Below are positions 55,925 to 64,000 of a stretch of DNA of 64,000 bases, one piece after another (the stretch's first letter is position 1; each line of letters starts with the position of its first letter). The translations under genes were made by a program, and so were the position numbers. Under the pieces are notes generated by a model that had not been told where the DNA came from, made no database searches, and saw nothing but the letters and a program-made list of their open reading frames with translations. The stretch is from Eledone cirrhosa (taxonomy: Eukaryota), in the NCBI GenBank assembly GCA_964016885.1, contig OZ024766.1, positions 11,780,001 to 11,844,000 on the forward strand, in the 5' to 3' direction.

Positions 55925-56250
55925 CATCATCATCATTTTTACGTCCGCTTCTCCCTGCTTGCAAGGGTGGGACGGGAACTGATTCTGGCTTGATTTCTAC
56001 AGCTGGATGCCCTTCCTAACACCAACCTCATTTACAGTGAGTGATGGGTGCTTTTTTGCCGTGGCACCTCCACAACCACTTTGCAGTGGAATGATAGGGA
56101 CCCCAGTCCCTATCATCTCATTTCTACAGCTGAGTAAACTGGAGCAATGTGAAATAAAGTGTCTTGCTCAAGGAAACAACACATCACCCGGTCTGACAAT
56201 TGAACTCACAACCTTTCGAATGCTCTAACCACTAAGCCATGTGCCTCCAT
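55925..56250 (-). mobile_element. SINE family A copy
   Basis: Identity to family A. Confidence 0.85.
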
Positions 56251-56633
56251 ATTATATGTATATGTATGTATATATGTATATGTATATATATAAACCACCT
56301 AAGAGAACATTAGTCTACAACCTCTATTATACCATAAACGTGGTTCTGTCTTTGCGCGTAATTCTTTTACACTGCTCCTATTAATGACGTATTATATTCG
56401 TTTTTTCCCGTTCTTTGCCAGCGAACGTTTCCACGAACCAAAGTATCGTCTTCCTGTCTTCCTCCGGTTGCAACGTTTTTTGAAATATTCACTTCTGCCT
56501 TTACAGATTGACTTTGTTAGTTTCAGAAGATCCCGTTAAGGGTGAAAGCAGAGATTCTTTGCTTAAACTTTAATCTGTTATTTTAATAAATATATATAGT
56601 ATATATATATTAATATATATATATATATATATA

Positions 56634-56681
<48 letters not shown>

Positions 56682-56746
56682 GTATATATATGTATATATA
56701 TATATGTATACATATGTATATATATATATATATATGTATATATATG

Positions 56747-56779
<33 letters not shown>

Positions 56780-56810
56780 GTATATATATATATATATATG
56801 TATATATATG

Positions 56811-56841
<31 letters not shown>

Positions 56842-56843
56842 GT

Positions 56844-56877
<34 letters not shown>

Positions 56878-57043
56878 GTGTGTATATAGTATATATATAT
56901 ATGTATATATATATATGTATATGTGTGTATATATGTATATATATATATGTATATATATATATGTATATATATGTGTGTATATATGTATATATATATATGT
57001 ATATATATATGTATATATATATGTGTATATATATATGTATATA

Positions 57044-57087
<44 letters not shown>

Positions 57088-57212
57088 CGTTATTCCGGGT
57101 TGAATCGGAGGTAACCACAGTAAGTAAGGTACTCAATACATAGCAGAGTATAACAGTTTTAATATAGATGAGATTCTACAGGACTAGAACTGTTTCATTC
57201 ATTTGAAATCAT

Positions 57213-57257
57213 CAGGATTCCTGATGATTTCAAATGAATGAAACAGTTCTAGTCCTG
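57213..57257 (+). ncRNA. Hammerhead-like motif at the centre of a perfect palindrome
   Basis: caggatt c-CTGATGA-tttcaaatgaat-GAAA-cagttct-agtcctg. Confidence 0.6.
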
Positions 57258-57561
57258 TAGAATCTCATCTATATATATGTATATATATATATATATGTAT
57301 ATATATATGTATATATATATGTATATATATATGTATATATATATGTATATATATATGTATATGTATATATGTATATGTATATATATATGTATATGTATAT
57401 ATGTATATGTATATATATATGTATATATATATATGTATATATATATGTATATATGTATATGTATATATGTATATATATATATGTATATGTATATATAATG
57501 TATATGTGTATATATATGTATATATAATGTATATGTGTATATATATATGTATATGTAATGT

Positions 57562-57592
<31 letters not shown>

Positions 57593-57827
57593 AATATATG
57601 TATATATATATGTATATATATATGTATATGTGATCAGAGCAAACAGCACGGACACTCTATCTCAAAATTATTTTTGAAAAGCATTTAGAAATGCGCAACC
57701 GGTAAAAACTTAAAACCACAACTGAATACTAACCCATACAATCACTAATACTCTTTTATTCCTAATTAAACCATTTTTCAACTGTGAACAATTTGTCAGC
57801 ATTTTCTATTCCGTTTACCAATATACG

Positions 57828-57872
<45 letters not shown>

Positions 57873-58111
57873 GTATATATATATATGTATATGTATATAT
57901 ATATATGTATATGTATATATATGTATGTATATGTATATGTATATATATATATGTATATGTATATATATGTATGTATATGTATATATATGTATGTATATGT
58001 ATATATATGTATATATATATATATATGTATGTATATATATATGTATGTATATATATATGTATGTATATATATATATATGTATATATATGTATGTATGTAT
58101 ATATATATATG

Positions 58112-58158
<47 letters not shown>

Positions 58159-58227
58159 GTATCTATGTATATATATGTATATATGTATGTATGTATGTAT
58201 ATATATATATATATATGTATATATATG

Positions 58228-58259
<32 letters not shown>

Positions 58260-58277
58260 TATGTATGTATGTATGTA

Positions 58278-58616
58278 TCATCATCATTTCGTTTTTTAAG
58301 TCCGCTTTTCCCTGCTTGCAAGGGTGGGACGGGAACTGATTCTGGCTTGATTTCTACAGCTGGATGCCCTTCCTAACACCAACCTCATTTACAGTGAGTG
58401 CTGGGTGCTTTTTTGCTGTGGCACCTCCACGACCACTTTACAGTGGAATGATAGGGATCCCAGTCCCTATCATCTCATTTCTACAGCTGAGTAAACTGGA
58501 GCAATGTGAAATAAAGTGTCTTGCTCAAGGAAACAACACATCACCCGGTCTGAGAATTGAACTCACAACCTTTCGATTACAAGGCCAATGCTCTAACTAC
58601 TAAGCCATGTGCCTCC

Positions 58617-58618
<2 letters not shown>
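58278..58618 (-). mobile_element. SINE family A copy
   Basis: Identity to family A. Confidence 0.85.
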
Positions 58619-58676
<58 letters not shown>

Positions 58677-58697
58677 ATGTATACATATATATATATG

Positions 58698-58736
<39 letters not shown>

Positions 58737-58738
58737 AC

Positions 58739-58771
<33 letters not shown>

Positions 58772-58956
58772 CGTATGTATGTATGTATATATATATATGT
58801 ATGTATACATATATATATATATATGTATGTATATATATATATGTATATATATACGTATGTATGTATGTATATATATATATGTATGTATATATATATATAT
58901 GTATGTATATATATATATATGTATGTATATATATATATGTATGTATATATATATAG

Positions 58957-58991
<35 letters not shown>

Positions 58992-59016
58992 GGTATGTGT
59001 ATATATATATATATAT

Positions 59017-59056
<40 letters not shown>

Positions 59057-59069
59057 ATATATATGTATG

Positions 59070-59106
<37 letters not shown>

Positions 59107-59107
59107 G

Positions 59108-59165
<58 letters not shown>

Positions 59166-59319
59166 TATCAGTCAACATACATTCACCCCATTATATGATA
59201 GTAAAATGATTCATCCTTAGACATCACATGTATGTATAACAATGGTATGGTTGTACTGTGGATTATATACACACACTCACAGTCCTATATATACATATAT
59301 ATACATGTGTGTGTGTGTG

Positions 59320-59820
59320 TCATCATCATCATTGTTTAACGTCCATCTTCCACGCTAGCATGGGTTAGACGGGAGTTGTCCCACTTGAGGCAAGGTTGGT
59401 CGGGTGACCGTGTCTCGCTCGTATAGGACTGTCTGGCAGGTTTTCTACAGCTGGATGCCCTTCCTAACACCAACCACGTTTACAGTGTGGACTGGGAACT
59501 TTTTACCGTGTTACCTACACGGCCACATTACAACGTGGACTGTGTGTTTTTTTTTGTCGTGACACCTACACGATCTCGATCTCATTATCTCATTTATTTA
59601 GGACTGGATGTTGTGGTAACAACATTACAGAGAGAGGGTGGTGTAGATAGGGGTGGGGGTAGGGGTAGTCAGCTGGGGTGTATATTTGGTTAAGGGGTGC
59701 CTACTGGCTGTAGGTTTCGCTTTGTACTTAAGCAAGGCGGGTCTCCTGTATTACTGCGTAGCGCCAAAGATCTCGGTCCAGTGACATTGTCTTAGAGAGG
59801 TGCAAGTGTGTAAGGTCAGA
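59320..59820 (-). mobile_element. Repeat related to the SINE A 3' half (other copies 1835-2275 +, 11810-12150 -)
   Basis: Shares gttaggaagggcatccagctgtagaaa and (cat)n tail. The three copies align with each other. Confidence 0.7.
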
Positions 59821-59909
59821 ATTTATCAGATCATCCCAGGTTTTTCTGGGTCTACCTACTCCGTAACTACCATCAATATATATATATATATGTTTGTGTG
59901 TGTATGTAT

Positions 59910-60359
59910 ATCGTCGTCATCACCGTTTTACGTCTGTTCTTCCACGCTAGCATGGCTTAGACGGGTTGTCCTGTCGTGGGCAGTGTCTGGTCGGCTGACC
60001 TTGTCTTGCTCATATGGGAACTGATTCTGGCTTGATTTCTACAGCTGGATGCCCTTCCTAACACCAACCTTATTTACAGTGAGTGCTGGGTGCTTTTTTG
60101 CCGTGGCACCTCCATGTCCACTTTACAGTGTGGGCTGGGTGCTTTTTTACTGTGGCACCTACACGTCCACATTACAGTGAGTGCTGGGTGCTTTTTTGCT
60201 GTGGCACCTCCACGACCACTTTGCAGTGGAATGATAGGGACCCCAGTCCCTATCATCTCATTTCTACAGCTGAGTAAACTGGAGCAATGTGAAATAAAGT
60301 GTCTTGCTCAAGGAAACAACACATCACCCGGTCTGAGAATTGAACTCACAACCTTTCGA
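59910..60359 (-). mobile_element. SINE family A variant with alternative tail (cccatgctagcgtggaagaac type)
   Basis: Family A body. The same tail occurs at 37862-38130 and 51920-52190. Confidence 0.75.
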
Positions 60360-60362
60360 TAT

Positions 60363-60394
<32 letters not shown>

Positions 60395-60408
60395 TGTGTG
60401 TGTATATG

Positions 60409-60439
<31 letters not shown>

Positions 60440-60751
60440 TGTTTATATATGTATCTCTCTCTATCTCTCTCTCTAGAGAGGGAGGGGGGTTATACTTTCA
60501 TGTATGGTTAAGTTCAATGACCTACATACACACACACGTATTCACATCCACACACGTATTCACATCCACACACACATACTAGCCCAGAGAGGTCGAGAAC
60601 TAGGTCATAGTGCCATCACCTCTAAATATAAATGACCTCATAATTCCTCACCCTCAACCCTACCCTCTCTACACCCCCCCCCTTCTATTTATCACTCTGG
60701 CCTCTCCTCTCTCCTCCCCTCTCCTCGTTAGAAATCCAATAAGGAAAGGGT

Positions 60752-61242
60752 TAAAGTGTTTATATTTATCAAACAATAAATTCTTCCATCTCAGTTTTTA
60801 TGTAAGAACCTTTGTTAAGTTATGTTCCAAACACCCCTGGTTCTATGAAAGAAAACTGTTTATTTTAAAGTGTTTATATTTATATAAAAACCTTCCATCA
60901 TAATTTTATGTAAGATCCTTTGTTAAGTTATGTTCCAAACACCCCTGGTCCTATGATACAAAACTGTTTTAAAGTGTTAATTTTTATCTAAAAACCTTCC
61001 ATCATAATTTTATGTAAGAACCTTTGTTAAGTTATGTTCCAAACACCCCTGGTCCTATGATACAAAACTGTTTTAAAGTGTTAATTTTTATCTAAAAACC
61101 TTCCATCATAATTTTATGTAAGAACCTTTGTTAAGTTATGTTCCAAACACCCCTGGTCCTATGATACAAAACTGTTTTAAAGTGTTAATTTTTATCTAAA
61201 AACCTTCCATCATAATTTTATGTAAGATCCTTTGTTAAGTTA
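60752..61242. repeat. 104-bp tandem repeat
   Basis: ccttccatcataattttatgtaaga...gttatgttccaaacacccctgg units. Confidence 0.9.
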
Positions 61243-62470
61243 CGAGGGCAATTCCAAAAGTCAGGTCTCCAAAGTGATGGGAACGCAGAGAAACTGTTTG
61301 TACGGCTGTTGGCAACACTGTTGTGATTGGTGCTCCCTTCACTCCCAAACAAGCATGCCCGCGCTTAGCTGGGATGCTCAATCTTGGCTTGGCAGCCGGT
61401 GAGAATGGGGCTCCCGTTGAACGCTACCACAGCCACGTGCGAAGTTCGCGCAGTTATTTGGTTTTTGAACGCAAAAGGCGTTGAACCGAATGAAATGGAA
61501 GGGTTTTAGATAAATTACTCTTTTACCTGTTCCAGCCATCCGGCTGAGGCCATGCTGGGGCACTGCCCATATAAACACTTTAAAATAAAGTTTTGTATCA
61601 CAGAACCAGGGATGTTTGGAACATACGAGGGCAATCCCAAAAGTCAGGTCTCCAAAGTGATGGGAACGCAGAGAAACTGTTCGTACGGCTGTTGGCAACA
61701 CTGTTGTGATTGGTGCTCCCTTCACTCCCAAACAAGCATGCCCGCGCTTCGCTGGGATGCTCAATCTTGGCTTGGCAGACGGTGAGAATGGAGCTCCCTT
61801 AGTTATTCGGTTTTTCAACGCAGAAGGCGTTGAACCGAATGAAATTCATCGCCAATTGACGGAAGTGTATGGACAGTCATGCATGGATGTCAAAAACGTT
61901 TGCAAATGGTGTAGAGAGTTTACAGCCGCTCGTACTGAAAGTCACGACGAACAAAGGATCGGAGGACCATTAATTTCCGACGAGACATTCGCAAAGGTTG
62001 AGGAAAACATGCGTAAAGATCGGCGGATCACTCTGGATGCTCTCTGCATTTTGGTTCCTGAGGTTTCCCGAAGCACCATCCACAGGATTTTAACGGGAAA
62101 GTTGCGACTGTCTTGTCAGAAATTGACGGTCTCCCGCTCCTTTGTTCGTCGTGAATTTCAGTACGAGCGGCTGTAAACTCTCTACACCATTTGCGAACGT
62201 TTTTGACATCCATGCACGACTGTCCATACACTTCCGTCAATTGGCGATGAATTTCAATCGGTTCAACGCCTTTTGTGTTGAAAAACCGAATAACTAAGGG
62301 AGCTCAATTCTCACCGGCTGCCAAGCCAAGATTGAGCATCCCAGCAAAGCGCGGGCATGCTTGTTTGGGAGTGAAGGGAGCACCAATCACAACAGTGTTG
62401 CCAACAGCCGTACGAACAGTTTCTCTGCGTTCCCATCACTTTGGAGACCTGACTTTTGGGATTGCCCTCG
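61243..62470. mobile_element. Rearranged mariner-like element made of three 5'-end copies
   Basis: TA-cgagggcaat(t/c)ccaaaagt ends at 61243 (+), 61626 (+) and 62470 (-). Mariner N-terminal HTH (EIHRQLTEVYGQSCM...KWCREF...RRIT). No catalytic domain. Confidence 0.85.
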
Positions 62471-62638
62471 TATGTTCCAAACACCCCTGGTTCTGTGATA
62501 CAAAACTTTATTTTAAAGTGTTTATATGGGCAGTGCCCCAGCATGGCCTCAGCCGGATGGCTGGAACAGGTAAAAGAGTAATTTATCTAAAAACGTTCCA
62601 TCATAATTTTATGTAAAAACTTTATGTTCCAAACACCA

Positions 62639-62864
62639 ACAGTGTCTTTCATTAGAAATATGGTAATGAAAGGGTTAAACCATAGGGGACAGTGTCTTTC
62701 ATTAGAAATATGGTAATGAAAGGGTTAAACCATAGGGGACAGTGTCTTTCATTAGAAATATGGTAATGAAAGGGTTAAACCATAAGGGACAGTGTCTTTC
62801 ATTAGAAATATGGTAATGACAGGGTTAAACCATAGGGGACAGTGTCCCCTATGGTTTAACCCTT
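62639..62864. repeat. 50-bp tandem repeat ending in a fold-back palindrome
   Basis: Four units, then agggttaaaccataggggaca g tgtcccctatggtttaaccct. Confidence 0.9.
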
Positions 62865-63071
62865 TTAAAGAAGTGAATCTTAAAATAAGCAACAAAATTA
62901 TTTATATTTAATAAAGAATTACAAAATTTAGTAGATAAATTATGTAATATTCATTCATTATTTATTCCAAGTAATCCAACTTATTTTACAAACGAGATAA
63001 AAAAAATATTTTCTGGATGCAGTCCCGCGCTCCTTACTTTATTATAGTTTAGATTATTGTGAAGTCATTGT

Positions 63072-63259
63072 TTAGTTTTTGAAGCCCTCGGCAAAGGTTT
63101 TCAGAGCAACAAAGAGTTCCTTAGAACTGGGGCCTATGTTGGATTTAGGCATAATGAAACCCATATGGTTTCTGGAGTCGGGTCGTAGCTCAAAGGCGTA
63201 CGAGTATTTGATGTTCATTTTCATTTTTGCCCAATCGTAAGCGCCACCTGTGGCAATGT
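63072..63259 (-). CDS. Zinc carboxypeptidase (M14A, CPA/CPB-like), terminal coding exon
   Basis: Minus-strand acceptor tttctttatctttacag. (Y)IATGGAYDWAKMKMNIKYSYAFELRPDSRNHMGFIMPKSNIGPSSKELFVALKTFAEGFKN* matches the YxxxGGxxDW...KYSxxFELR...GFxxP pattern with catalytic Glu270. AATAAA about 30 nt past the stop (63038-63043). Confidence 0.9.
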
Positions 63260-63343
63260 CTGTAAAGATAAAGAAAAATATGTACAGAAATATAATAAGC
63301 AGTGGAGGTGATGCAATGTGGCGAAGCGTAGTGATCTTGTTGG

Positions 63344-64000
63344 GGTGTAGTGTAGTGTGGTGATGTGTGGTGTGGTGTGGTGTAATATAGTGTAGTGTGG
63401 TGTGGTGTAATATAGTGTAGTGTGGTGTGGTGTGGTGTAATATAGTGTGGTGTAATATAGTGTGGTGTGGTGTAGTGTGGTGTGGTGTGGTGTGGTGTAA
63501 TATAGTGTGGTGTGGTGTAATATAGTGTGGTGTGGTGTAGTGTGGTGTGGTGTAGTCTGGTGTGGTGTAATATAGTGTGGTGTAGTGTAGTGTAGTGATC
63601 TTGTTGTGGTGATGTGTAGTCTGGTGTGGTGATGTGTGGTGTGGTGTAATATAGTGTAGTGTGGTGTGGTGTAATATAGTGTGGTGTGGTGTAATATAGT
63701 GTAGTGTGGTGTAATATAGTGTGGTGTGGTGTAGTGTGGTGTAGTCTGGTGTGGTGTAATATAGTGTGGTGTGGTGTAGTGTAGTGTGGTGTAATATGGT
63801 GTGGTGTAGTGTGGTGTGGTGTAGTGTAATATAGTGTAGTCTGGTGTGGTGTAATATAGTGTAGTGTGGTGTAATATAGTGTAGTCTGGTGTGGTGTGGT
63901 GTGGTATAGTCTGGTGTGGTGTAGTGTGATGTAGTCTGGTATGGTGTAATATAGTGTGGTGTGGTGTGGTGTAGTGTAGTGTGGTGTGGTGTAATATAGT
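63344..64000. repeat. Pentameric (GTGTG/GTGTA) satellite in the carboxypeptidase intron
   Basis: Direct inspection. Confidence 0.95.

Noticed and set aside
56400-56510. Possible exon after a strong acceptor, or decayed hammerhead on minus
   Set aside because: No recognisable peptide or donor, and the core reads AGGAAGA; unsupported either way.
16897-59220. Hundreds of YI/IY/CV-rich ORFs
   Set aside because: Translations of (TA)n/(TG)n microsatellites.

Overview
Repeat-saturated, AT-rich eukaryotic (metazoan) DNA. The SINE types and the abundance of (TA)n resemble an octopod cephalopod; that assignment is inference. Nearly all long ORFs in the track are microsatellite or minisatellite artefacts. 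Real genes: (1) the last four coding exons of an HR3/ROR-type (NR1F) nuclear receptor ligand-binding domain on +, 6417-16318, splice phases fully consistent; (2) the terminal exon of an M14A zinc carboxypeptidase on -, 63072-63259, absent from the ORF track. Mobile DNA: a full-length frameshifted Tigger/pogo element, a rearranged mariner, RTE/R4/Tx1-like LINE fragments, two tRNA-derived SINE families, and minisatellites, some SINE- or LINE-derived. Most notable: about 20 minimal type-I hammerhead ribozyme motifs in short elements embedded mostly in (TA)n tracts. Many are fold-back palindromes centred on the ribozyme, and otherwise unrelated families share a covarying hairpin (ACTC-stem-loop-TT-GAGT) downstream of the ribozyme. 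This looks like a Penelope-like, non-autonomous, ribozyme-bearing retroelement system. All structures were read by eye and none has been computed or searched.
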